From Nitrospinaceae bacterium (GTDB lineage: Bacteria; Nitrospinota; Nitrospinia; Nitrospinales; Nitrospinaceae), in the NCBI GenBank assembly GCA_965223665.1, contig OZ245011.1, forward strand, positions 928,001 to 992,000: a stretch of DNA of 64,000 nucleotides, read 5' to 3'. Shown piece after piece: positions 42,219 through 50,985 of this stretch. The notes below the pieces were generated by a model, which was not told the DNA's origin, did not search any database, and saw only the letters and a program-made list of their open reading frames with translations. The stretch's first letter is position 1; the number at the start of each line of letters is the position of its first letter. Both the position numbers and the translations under genes were made by a program.

Positions 42219-42770
42219 TTAGAATTCTCCAGTTTTTTTAAGTTCTTTTTTTAAAAAAACTTTACCGCGAGCAATTCGGGACATTACGGTTCCAATAGGC
42301 AAACCTAAAGAGTTGGCAATTTCTTTGTAAGGCATTCTTTCAAAGTAAAACATTTCAATGGGCCTTCTAAGGCGTTCATCCAATTTAGCTAAAACTTCTC
42401 GTAATTTTTTCTTGGATTCATGGGCGACAAAATCCTTTTCTACATTTGTGGCACCACTCAATTGATTACTTACAATATCAAATTCAACGCCTTTCCATTT
42501 TTTACCTTTTTCTATTTCTTTTAAAAATAGGTTTTTAAGGATTGCAAACAACCAGTTTTTCGACTTCTCTATATCTTTCAACTGAGAAAAGTTTTTTATC
42601 GCATAATAAAAGGTTTCTTGGGTTAGATCCTCAGCATCATGTTGTTTTTTAGCCAATCGGCAAGCACATCTGAAAATCAGGTCCACATGCGGGAGCAAAT
42701 GTTCCTTAATGCCCTCCCGATGTGCATCTTCAATATGTTCCTTTAATTTTCCATCTAAATTAATATTCAC
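42219..42770 (-). CDS. ECF RNA polymerase sigma factor
   Basis: DAEDLTQETF, KNWLFAILKN (region 2), YKEIANSLGLPIGTVMSRIARG (region 4). Confidence 0.92.
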   Translation of the reverse strand: MNINLDGKLKEHIEDAHREGIKEHLLPHVDLIFRCACRLAKKQHDAEDLTQETFYYAIKNFSQLKDIEKSKNWLFAILKNLFLKEIEKGKKWKGVEFDIVSNQLSGATNVEKDFVAHESKKKLREVLAKLDERLRRPIEMFYFERMPYKEIANSLGLPIGTVMSRIARGKVFLKKELKKTGEF

Positions 42771-42924
42771 TAAATAATTAAACTCGACATTTAACCTAAA
42801 AAATTAAGGGATTTTCTTAATTGAAATTACCTAAATAATAACTAAATTTAATTTTCTTTAAAAGTAAATTAAACGTAATTAATAAAGTATTAAAAAAAGA
42901 CATTAAGGTTTTGTGAAAATAATT

Positions 42925-42953
42925 GGAATTTTTTTCTTCCACAAAAGGTCTAA
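42925..42953 (+). promoter_or_regulatory. Putative ECF sigma promoter GGAAT-N18-GTCTAA for the ferritin-like gene
   Basis: GGAAT at 42925-42929 and GTCTAA at 42948-42953, about 90 nt before ATG 43042. Confidence 0.4.
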
Positions 42954-43041
42954 AAATAAAATTATATAAATCATAAAAAAAATGAATCCTGCTTAAAAGT
43001 AGGACATCTTATCCTAAATAATTAAGAAATATACCTAAAGT

Positions 43042-43533
43042 ATGGAAGAACAAAAACAAATTCTGGATCAAGAAATTTGGGAAATTTCCCTTAGAATTGA
43101 AAGAGATGGAAGAGCTTTTTATAAGGAACTTGAAAAGCTAATTGATGAACCCACCTTAAAAAGCTTTATTCATCAAATGGCTAATGAAGAGTCTAAACAC
43201 ATAAAGCTTTGCAAATCCATGCTAGAAAAGAAAAAAGGCAAGGTTTACGGTTGGGAAGACAAGCAGGATGTCAAAGAATTCATTAATTCCCAATTTCAAA
43301 CTGACATTTTCCCTAAGTTAAACCAGATAAAAGAGTTTTCTTCGAAGTTAGAAAATTTGCAAAAAGCTTTTGAATTTGCGCTGGAAGCTGAAAAAGTCTC
43401 AGCCGAGTTTTATGCTTTATTAGGTGAATACTGTGAAGACTTTGAAGCTAAAACCACTTTAGCCCTTTTAGAACAAGCTGAACAAGACCATATCAAACAA
43501 GTAATTGAAATCAGAAATAAATTCCCTTCCTAA
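43042..43533 (+). CDS. Rubrerythrin/ferritin-like diiron protein
   Basis: IERDGRAFY..EESKH and AEKVSAEFY..AEQDH paired E/ExxH motifs; no rubredoxin CxxC. Confidence 0.85.
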   Translation: MEEQKQILDQEIWEISLRIERDGRAFYKELEKLIDEPTLKSFIHQMANEESKHIKLCKSMLEKKKGKVYGWEDKQDVKEFINSQFQTDIFPKLNQIKEFSSKLENLQKAFEFALEAEKVSAEFYALLGEYCEDFEAKTTLALLEQAEQDHIKQVIEIRNKFPS

Positions 43534-43563
43534 TTACTCCCAAATCCTTTCTAATATTCCACC

Positions 43564-43603
43564 AAAAAAAAACAGCACCGGGTCTTTAAGAACCCGATGC
43601 TGT
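43564..43603 (-). terminator. Intrinsic terminator between convergent genes
   Basis: Minus strand ACAGCATCGGGT-loop-ACCCGGTGCTGT followed by a T run. Confidence 0.8.
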
Positions 43604-43619
43604 AATAAATTACCCTTAC

Positions 43620-44438
43620 TTACTTAACAGCTAACTCAAAGTTTTGTTTAGCATCTGCACCACCAGCAACCGTCACTTCAGAAGTAACTTCGCCAATATA
43701 AGGATGCCATGCCGTTACTTTGTATTTACCAGCAGGAATGTTATCAATTTTAAAAGACCCATCCGCGCCAGTCACAGCATAATATGGATTCCATACTATT
43801 CGAGCATCCGCTTCCATGAAGTTATGCTGATCACACTGTAAGAAAAAATGCTTATCTTTTTTCTTTTTAAAACGCTTGAAACTTTTGGTCACGTCCGCAA
43901 CATCACCTTTACTTGGCAATGGCTTATTGAACAATGTTTTTCGGTTTGCACCTACAACCGAATATCCATGAGGATTATGAAGAATATCAGGGTCATGGTT
44001 TGTGATTGTCAATAATCCTTCTTTCATACCTTTAGGGGTTTTGCGAACAATGGATACTTTAGGAAAAATATCGCAGGTTTTGAAATCAAAATTATTGGTT
44101 GCTGTATCCCATTTTTTACCCTTTTCAATATTTTCAATGAATACCACGGTACCATTGAGTTTTCCCCCAGGAGCTACAACTTTTACTCGTGGACGAATTC
44201 CACCTTCTTTAGTATCTGGGTGGGTTGAGCAAAACTCAGAATTTTTTCCTTTATTCAAATCTTCCATGATTGGTGCTGGTGGATCTCCTTTTAAGGTAAC
44301 CGCCCCGCTGATAGACCCTCCACCACTAACATCGCCTTCTTCATACTTAGCTTTTTTAGCAAAAGCCGCAGTACTAAATCCAATGGCAACGCAGATAACT
44401 AAAAAACCAAATAGTACTTTTTTAATCATCCCACACAT
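43620..44438 (-). CDS. Secreted cupredoxin-like plus carboxypeptidase-regulatory-like protein
   Basis: Signal peptide AFA; GGSISGAV; LHNPHGY; QCDQHNFM; NPYYAVT..IPAGKYKVTAWHP. Confidence 0.78.
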   Translation of the reverse strand: MCGMIKKVLFGFLVICVAIGFSTAAFAKKAKYEEGDVSGGGSISGAVTLKGDPPAPIMEDLNKGKNSEFCSTHPDTKEGGIRPRVKVVAPGGKLNGTVVFIENIEKGKKWDTATNNFDFKTCDIFPKVSIVRKTPKGMKEGLLTITNHDPDILHNPHGYSVVGANRKTLFNKPLPSKGDVADVTKSFKRFKKKKDKHFFLQCDQHNFMEADARIVWNPYYAVTGADGSFKIDNIPAGKYKVTAWHPYIGEVTSEVTVAGGADAKQNFELAVK

Positions 44439-44520
44439 CTCCTTCCAAACAATGATTTATGAAAATTGTCACACCAAAGTGAAACATTAGAAAACATTTT
44501 AAATAAAAGGACTCCTTTAT

Positions 44521-44563
44521 AAAAATAAAACAAAGGGGCCTCCCTCACTTCAAGAGGCCCCTT
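44521..44563 (-). terminator. Intrinsic terminator after multicopper oxidase copy B
   Basis: AAGGGGCCTC ... GAGGCCCCTT 10-bp stem followed on the minus strand by TGTTTTATTTTT. Confidence 0.75.
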
Positions 44564-44592
44564 ATAAACAATTTTTTAATACGGATCAACTA

Positions 44593-47500
44593 TTATTTCA
44601 TCGACAAGCGATTATCATCCGCACGAGAAGCAGATTTGAGGCCGTCCGGAGTGGCACCACCCAATGGTAAGATCGATCGATCTCCCTGAGGTAATACCTT
44701 TAAATAACCCCACTGACCAGCCTGCTGGTAAGGTGTCCGTGCATTCAACCATAAATACGTGCCTGGTACATGATACGTACCGCCTGCACCTTTTAGCAAG
44801 AATGCCTGGATGTACTCACCTCCGCCAAACTCTTCAACATCAATCATATCAGAACCTTCCTGGTTCAAATGCCGACGCCACTGATGACCATCCAAATTAA
44901 ACATTTGGTTCTGCTCATTATGTACGCCAAACACATTGATCATTACCTTGTCTCCTGCATGCGCTTTCAATGTCGGCGTTGCAGGCTCATTATCCGCAGC
45001 AACACAAGGTGTAAATATATTACCTAATTCACATCCTTCGTCTTCACGGTAAGTCCAAGGTTCTAATCGATAATTTACACCTGTCAATCCTGCTACATTC
45101 TGCAGGTAAGGCATAAATGAGGTACCAATGATATTGTCTTCATCCTGAAAATATAATGCAAAATCACGATAATTATCGATATGTGCATTTTCAGGATAAG
45201 ACTTATCAATGATCACGTCTGCTTTCCAGGAATTCCCAAGACTGATGTCTTTACCTGTCTCAGGATCTCGGTATACAGAACCACGTGGACCAATGATAAT
45301 TCCACCATACAAACCATCACGTACGTTCGTGACCAGGTCACCAAAATCCCAGATTAAACCGGCATTGATGTTGTAATCCGGATGTGCGTAGAACGTGTAC
45401 GTTTTGGATTTACCCGGTGCTACCGTTTGATCTCCAGGATTATTACCTACATTAATTCCTTGAGAATCTAACGGATTAAACGCCATGTTGTTCACATGCA
45501 GTGAAGTCTTACCTTTCTTCAAGCGATTGGTCAATTTCACTTTCACACAATCACCAATATTCGCTCGAAGGGTTAACGGATGCGGCATAGCTCCATCATC
45601 CGCGGCTTTCTTGACTTCATCCTCAAGTACAAATACTTTTCCTTCAGGATTCGCTAACAACAACTTTCGCTCAAAGTCCACTTCGATAATATCTTCTGCA
45701 TTCGGATTGAACTTCAAGGCTTTGTTGATCGCTACCACACTAAAGTTCTTGGTAGGTGCACCTTTTGGACATACTTCTTTCTTATTAGGGAGAATACCGC
45801 GAGTTCCCTCCAAAGGCTTCAGGTCTTTTTGGGCTTTATCATAAACCCGTAAAATACCCCAGCTACCTTCAGAAAGATGCGATGTTCGACCATCATAGAA
45901 CAGATAATCACCAGCCATCTGCTGATAACCACCTGCAGTCGTGGCCATATCATAACGCTCTGCGATACCTATATGAATTGCATTAGTCACACGGGAATCT
46001 CGATCATAACGTTCTGGACGATATCCATGACCTGATAAAACAAAGGTATGAGTTTCGTTCATCATTCCGTGTAACAACCTGAACACAACCGTATCTCCAA
46101 GATACGCTCTCACTAAAGGAGTATCCGGGTCTCGGTGTGCTTTACTGCTGAATAACTGAGACGCATCTGCATTAGCCTTCAACCTTGTAGCCAAGGAAGC
46201 AGCCCGGAAATTAAATCCGCCTCCAGTAGTATGCGTTCCACCATTCAAATACGGGAAGGCCACTTCTAACATATCCTTCGGCATTTGAAAGGAGATAGAC
46301 TGACCCGCAGCAATCGCATTCTCTCGGCTCAAACCGGGAGGATTACCTTGAGTCACTAATTGTGCTGTGTGCGGTACTGTGTCATGCAACTGCACAACGA
46401 TTTCACGGAAACTACCGTTTCGTCCATAAGCAATCGGTTCCGTGCCATGAATGTCAGCAACAGGTCCACTTCGAATGGGTTTTCCTGTTTTTGGATCATG
46501 GTAGGTCGACCCCCAGGGCTCAACAATAGTGGAACCAATTCCGCCGTGCGGCCAGGTGGTCGCACCAAATGCATGGTCATGCCAGAACACAAGTCCCACA
46601 TCAGCATCCACCCACCAGCGATAACGAACATACTCAGCCGTTACAATTTGACCGGCCTTATGAGCATGAGTCATGCCTTCGGTAAAAGTGATTTTGTATT
46701 TACCGTCTTTCGCCGGATTCTTATTAGGATCCGGTTCCATCTTTCCAATCCAGCGAGCGTCTTTACCATTCGGCACTTCAATACCAACGATAATATCTGC
46801 ACCTACATGGAAAGGATTTGCATGATGAGCCATCTCGATTTCAATGGTCTTATCACCCGGTTTCGTGTCTTTCAACAAATGTGCATTCATCGGAACCGGC
46901 ATACCTACATGATGGCCATTCTTTTCTTTCTTGGTAAATTGCTTATAAGAACGCATGGACTGGTCATAAGAAAATCCAGAAATAACCCCATCCGATGCCT
47001 GGTTATCAAACTGGAAGAAATGAGGATGAATGTTCACCTTAGACATTTGGAAATTGGTGAAATCATCATCATTCCATTCACTGGATAAAAGCACATCCAC
47101 ACAGTCATATACATTAGCTCTAATAACTAACGGATAGGCTTTCTTCGGATCTGCTTTTACGGCCGCCATTTCCTCATCAATAACGTAAATCAAACCGTAT
47201 TTATCGATGATAGGGGGACTTCCTTTATAACCACCCTGAAGTTCAATGGGTGTATTGATGAAATGCAAATTATACTGCTTTCGACCAGCACCTGGAGGAC
47301 AAAGACTCCAGCGACCCTGTTCACCAGGCTTCGCAGGCGAACTGTTTTCCATTGTCGCATCGGAGCGTCCACTACCGGATTCAGTCGAAGTAATAATTTT
47401 ATTATCACTTAAATAATGAAATGGTTCTAACCAGGGAGCTCCACCATGATGACGCGCAAAGGGAACTCGCTTCCCAAAATGCGGGGTCATGTGTGGCCAC

Positions 47501-49506
47501 GCTAACTTACCATTCGTCGGATGAAACTGAATCGAATGACGTTTTCCAGGATGGGGAGATTTGTACTTCGCCATCGGATAAGTCGCCTCACGTTCTGATA
47601 ACGCTCGATTCTTATCCCAGGCATAATCCCATACCGTTCCGTCATAAGCCAATATTTGACCCTTTTCATCATCCGTATGACCAGGCTTGCCTTGCGGTGG
47701 CAACATCGATCTTACCCAATCCTTGATGTTCACCACTGGAATCTCCTGATCCCACTTGCTGGCTCCACTGTCTACAATTTTGAACTTCTTGCCGTACCAG
47801 TTCATCGTTTTACCCACTAACTTGTCTGAACTGATACCTTTAGGAATGTAGCCTTTTCGATCCGGTAACTCCTGCAACGGACGCATAACATCAGTACTGC
47901 CAAATGGATAGTTTCCATCCTGCAGAGTGTTGTACACACGCCAGTATCCCCACATACCCGCAACATAGTGATGCGCTACGTGACAATGGAACAGGAAGTC
48001 CCCTGCCAATTTCTGACACAATCCGGATCCACACTCTGTTTCCAGATCCAATACTTCAGCCGGACCAATTACTTCCACGTCTACACGGTCCGTAGTCGTT
48101 CGAACCACAGGATACTTCACAGGACCGTCATAGGCCGCTGTTATTAAATTCTCAATCCCTGGCTCACGTTTCGGTGAACGAGTCCAACGAATGGTTCCTC
48201 CATGCGGATGATGCGAATGGAACACTTCACCGCCACCATGAATTAACCGAAATTTAGCTGGATCGCCCATGTAAGAACGAGGAATGGTTGTGGGAACATC
48301 CGCAAACGTATAAGAACTGTATGCTAAAGATTCATCTTCATAGTGAAACATTTTTTCTTGAACTGCCAAATTGTTAATTCCAAAGGGTTCACTACGATAG
48401 TTCATCGCACGTGCTGAAGGACGATACGCATCGGTTTGTGGATCCCGTTGTGGAATCATTTCTCCGTGACGGTTCAAAGGACGAAAAGATTCATCCCCAA
48501 CTTCATGATAGAAAAGATTAAATTCACGGAAATCTTTAGCATCATCATTTGCGATCATGGCCATCCAGCCACTCGCAAGTGGTCCACCAGTCCATGGATC
48601 TAAATAATATGATCCTCGTGGTTCAACAATGAAGGCACCAATCAAACCTAATGCGGATGGATCACGACCTGCGTGACTCAAAATTAAATGCGCACCTTCT
48701 TGTTCATCAATCGGAATAAACCATTCAAAATTTTGTGTCTCACCAGATGGAACATTAGCTCCCTTAGAGGCAGCAGTATCAGGCAAACCTGAATCGCTAA
48801 TGATCATCGCAGAACCATTAACCTGGAATCCTGCGTCTTCATCCTCTAATTGGTTCGTAAATTTAATTCGAACACAATCCCCTTGATTGGCACGAATTAC
48901 CAATGGTTGAATCGTATCCCCCTGCAAACCCGTGGAAACTACGCCAGGATCCAGTTCGTCTTCCCGAGCCGCAGCATTGGCCTCTTCATCTTTACGAACC
49001 TGTTCAATGTCCTTTGTCAAAACATACATATAACCTGGGAAGTAATCTCCCCATTGGTTCAATGTGATTTCAACATTGATAGCTGAGATATCGTAAGTTT
49101 TGGTTGGAACTCCAGCCGGGCAATGACCACCCTTAAAAACCTTGTCAGAGGCTTCGGAAGGCCCTAACAAGTATCCCTGCTGTAGCTGATGCGCTGCCCA
49201 TGAATCGTGAAATCCACCTCCGGCTGAGGCAGGGCTGGCATGTTCTTTCAACTTTCCTTTCAAGCGGTCCATCAAAGAACGAAAGGTCTTATTCAATCGA
49301 TCCTGATCCCCTTGTTTTCCCTCCATCATCTCTTCGTAGTTGATTTGATTTTCCAACTTCTCCAACCACGCTGGACGATCTGCTGCCGACCCATGCTTAT
49401 GCATACTCGATGCCGCATACGCCGGAATTACTCCTAACCCAAAGGTTAGTACTAGAGCAATAAATTGCCCCATCCATTTTTTGTTACCAGCCATTTGAAC
49501 CTCCAT
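44593..49506 (-). CDS. Giant multicopper oxidase, six-domain MnxG-like (copy B)
   Basis: Same copper motifs as copy A; probable start ATG 49494 after GGAGG; signal peptide AYA. Confidence 0.85.
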   Translation of the reverse strand: MEVQMAGNKKWMGQFIALVLTFGLGVIPAYAASSMHKHGSAADRPAWLEKLENQINYEEMMEGKQGDQDRLNKTFRSLMDRLKGKLKEHASPASAGGGFHDSWAAHQLQQGYLLGPSEASDKVFKGGHCPAGVPTKTYDISAINVEITLNQWGDYFPGYMYVLTKDIEQVRKDEEANAAAREDELDPGVVSTGLQGDTIQPLVIRANQGDCVRIKFTNQLEDEDAGFQVNGSAMIISDSGLPDTAASKGANVPSGETQNFEWFIPIDEQEGAHLILSHAGRDPSALGLIGAFIVEPRGSYYLDPWTGGPLASGWMAMIANDDAKDFREFNLFYHEVGDESFRPLNRHGEMIPQRDPQTDAYRPSARAMNYRSEPFGINNLAVQEKMFHYEDESLAYSSYTFADVPTTIPRSYMGDPAKFRLIHGGGEVFHSHHPHGGTIRWTRSPKREPGIENLITAAYDGPVKYPVVRTTTDRVDVEVIGPAEVLDLETECGSGLCQKLAGDFLFHCHVAHHYVAGMWGYWRVYNTLQDGNYPFGSTDVMRPLQELPDRKGYIPKGISSDKLVGKTMNWYGKKFKIVDSGASKWDQEIPVVNIKDWVRSMLPPQGKPGHTDDEKGQILAYDGTVWDYAWDKNRALSEREATYPMAKYKSPHPGKRHSIQFHPTNGKLAWPHMTPHFGKRVPFARHHGGAPWLEPFHYLSDNKIITSTESGSGRSDATMENSSPAKPGEQGRWSLCPPGAGRKQYNLHFINTPIELQGGYKGSPPIIDKYGLIYVIDEEMAAVKADPKKAYPLVIRANVYDCVDVLLSSEWNDDDFTNFQMSKVNIHPHFFQFDNQASDGVISGFSYDQSMRSYKQFTKKEKNGHHVGMPVPMNAHLLKDTKPGDKTIEIEMAHHANPFHVGADIIVGIEVPNGKDARWIGKMEPDPNKNPAKDGKYKITFTEGMTHAHKAGQIVTAEYVRYRWWVDADVGLVFWHDHAFGATTWPHGGIGSTIVEPWGSTYHDPKTGKPIRSGPVADIHGTEPIAYGRNGSFREIVVQLHDTVPHTAQLVTQGNPPGLSRENAIAAGQSISFQMPKDMLEVAFPYLNGGTHTTGGGFNFRAASLATRLKANADASQLFSSKAHRDPDTPLVRAYLGDTVVFRLLHGMMNETHTFVLSGHGYRPERYDRDSRVTNAIHIGIAERYDMATTAGGYQQMAGDYLFYDGRTSHLSEGSWGILRVYDKAQKDLKPLEGTRGILPNKKEVCPKGAPTKNFSVVAINKALKFNPNAEDIIEVDFERKLLLANPEGKVFVLEDEVKKAADDGAMPHPLTLRANIGDCVKVKLTNRLKKGKTSLHVNNMAFNPLDSQGINVGNNPGDQTVAPGKSKTYTFYAHPDYNINAGLIWDFGDLVTNVRDGLYGGIIIGPRGSVYRDPETGKDISLGNSWKADVIIDKSYPENAHIDNYRDFALYFQDEDNIIGTSFMPYLQNVAGLTGVNYRLEPWTYREDEGCELGNIFTPCVAADNEPATPTLKAHAGDKVMINVFGVHNEQNQMFNLDGHQWRRHLNQEGSDMIDVEEFGGGEYIQAFLLKGAGGTYHVPGTYLWLNARTPYQQAGQWGYLKVLPQGDRSILPLGGATPDGLKSASRADDNRLSMK
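44597..49381. repeat. 4785-bp direct repeat, copy 2 (partner 36991-41775)
   Basis: Near-identical to copy 1; alternative-frame ORFs are duplicated (40298/47904 identical, 37879/45485 nearly identical). Confidence 0.9.
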
Positions 49507-49617
49507 AGATTTTTTGGCTAAAAAAAAAATTGGGCTGTAAACAAAAACTCCAAAACACTAAAAGTTTTCGTCTACAATTAAATATGATTAATTCATAACT
49601 GAACTAAATCCTTATAA

Positions 49618-50985
49618 TTATTTATTCGGTGCCAGACTTAATAAAAGGGACTCCTCTCCCCGTTCTATTCTGACGTTAAGATTCTCCTGATTTAATTGGG
49701 TCAATATTTCATCGACTTCATTTTTTTTCGATATTTTCTTGCCATTTATATATTTGATAATATCCCCTTCTTTTAATCCCCCTCTTTCGGCGGAACTTTC
49801 AGGAAATACTTGAACAACAATCACACCAATTGTTTCTTGAGTTTTAAATTTTTCAACCAAACCCGGATCTATATTAGCTAACTGGGCTCCCAGAGAAGTA
49901 ACAGCGTTTCTTTGAATAGCTGCAATTTGGTTTTTTGGATTTTCTTTCTTTCCCAATTTGACCGAAACGGTTTTTATTTCACCTTTTCTTAAAATATCAA
50001 TTTGAACGGATTGCCCCGGGGAAATATTTCCAATCAGCTTAATCATGGAGCCTGGGGAGTTTACCTTAATCCCACCGATTTTTAAAATGATATCTCCAAT
50101 TTTAATCCCAGCATTTGAAGCAGGTTGATCCTTAAATACTGAATTGACTAATACACCTTCTTTCGAATCTATATTATCCCTTTTGGCAATATTTTCAGGA
50201 ATAAAGTCGATCCCAACCCCCAACCAACCCCTTTGCACTTCTCCGGTTTCAATTATCTGGTTTGAAACGTTTCTTACAACATTTGAAGGAATCGAAAACC
50301 CAATACTTTGGGCATAATGAATAATGGCGGTATTTATCCCAATAATTTCGCCTCGAATATTTAAAAGGGGTCCGCCACTGTTTCCCGGGTTAATGGATGC
50401 ATCAGTTTGAATAAAATCTTCATACCTTGAAATATTAATATTTTCCCTGTTCAAACCACTTATTACACCCATACTTAAAGTATCGTGAAGTCCATAGGGA
50501 TTTCCTATTGCAACAACCAACTGTCCTACTTTCAATTTTGAAGAATCGCCCAACTTTACCTGGGGTAATGGATCTTCTGAATCAACCTTTATAACAGCTA
50601 AATCTGTCTCTTCATCGCTACCTAAAACACGGCCAATCAATTCTTTTCCCTTATATAAAGTTACGAGAATCTTTTCAGCCTTTTTTACAACGTGACTGTT
50701 GGTAACGATATAACCATTACGCCCATCAATAATAACCCCGGCACCCGCATTTGTTGAACGGCCCTTAGGGGTCTCTCCCTGCTTAAGAATTGACGGGGAA
50801 GGTGGAACATAGGGTGAAATATTAACTACAGCTGGTAACGTATGCTCAGCAAGACCCACCAATCCGATTTCTATTTCTTCTAAAATCTTTAGCCCGTTTG
50901 CCGAGTGTTCCGCAAAAGAACGAGAGGACAACATGGACAGGACCAGGACCCCAAGAAATGCAAAAAGAAATTTTCGGCAACTCAT
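49618..50985 (-). CDS. degP: DegP/HtrA periplasmic serine protease with two PDZ domains
   Basis: VTNSHVV, TDLAVIK, AIGNPYGL, FIQTDASINPGNSGGPL, two PDZ domains. Confidence 0.9.
   Translation of the reverse strand: MSCRKFLFAFLGVLVLSMLSSRSFAEHSANGLKILEEIEIGLVGLAEHTLPAVVNISPYVPPSPSILKQGETPKGRSTNAGAGVIIDGRNGYIVTNSHVVKKAEKILVTLYKGKELIGRVLGSDEETDLAVIKVDSEDPLPQVKLGDSSKLKVGQLVVAIGNPYGLHDTLSMGVISGLNRENINISRYEDFIQTDASINPGNSGGPLLNIRGEIIGINTAIIHYAQSIGFSIPSNVVRNVSNQIIETGEVQRGWLGVGIDFIPENIAKRDNIDSKEGVLVNSVFKDQPASNAGIKIGDIILKIGGIKVNSPGSMIKLIGNISPGQSVQIDILRKGEIKTVSVKLGKKENPKNQIAAIQRNAVTSLGAQLANIDPGLVEKFKTQETIGVIVVQVFPESSAERGGLKEGDIIKYINGKKISKKNEVDEILTQLNQENLNVRIERGEESLLLSLAPNK

Noticed and set aside
42771-43041. 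Very AT-rich intergenic tracts (also 21522-21819, 63612-63850) as possible replication origin
   Set aside because: No clustered DnaA boxes (TTATCCACA) seen; best explained as promoter regions.
37164-49437. Many plus-strand and alternative-frame ORFs (up to 242 aa) within the MCO genes, several duplicated
   Set aside because: Shadow ORFs of GC-richer coding sequence; their duplication simply reflects the MCO repeat.
36984-49506. Calling the MCOs NirK, or definitively Mn oxidases (mnxG)
   Set aside because: A full T2/T3 His set and the size argue against NirK; MnxG-like architecture does not establish the substrate, and no mnxE/F-like genes were recognised.
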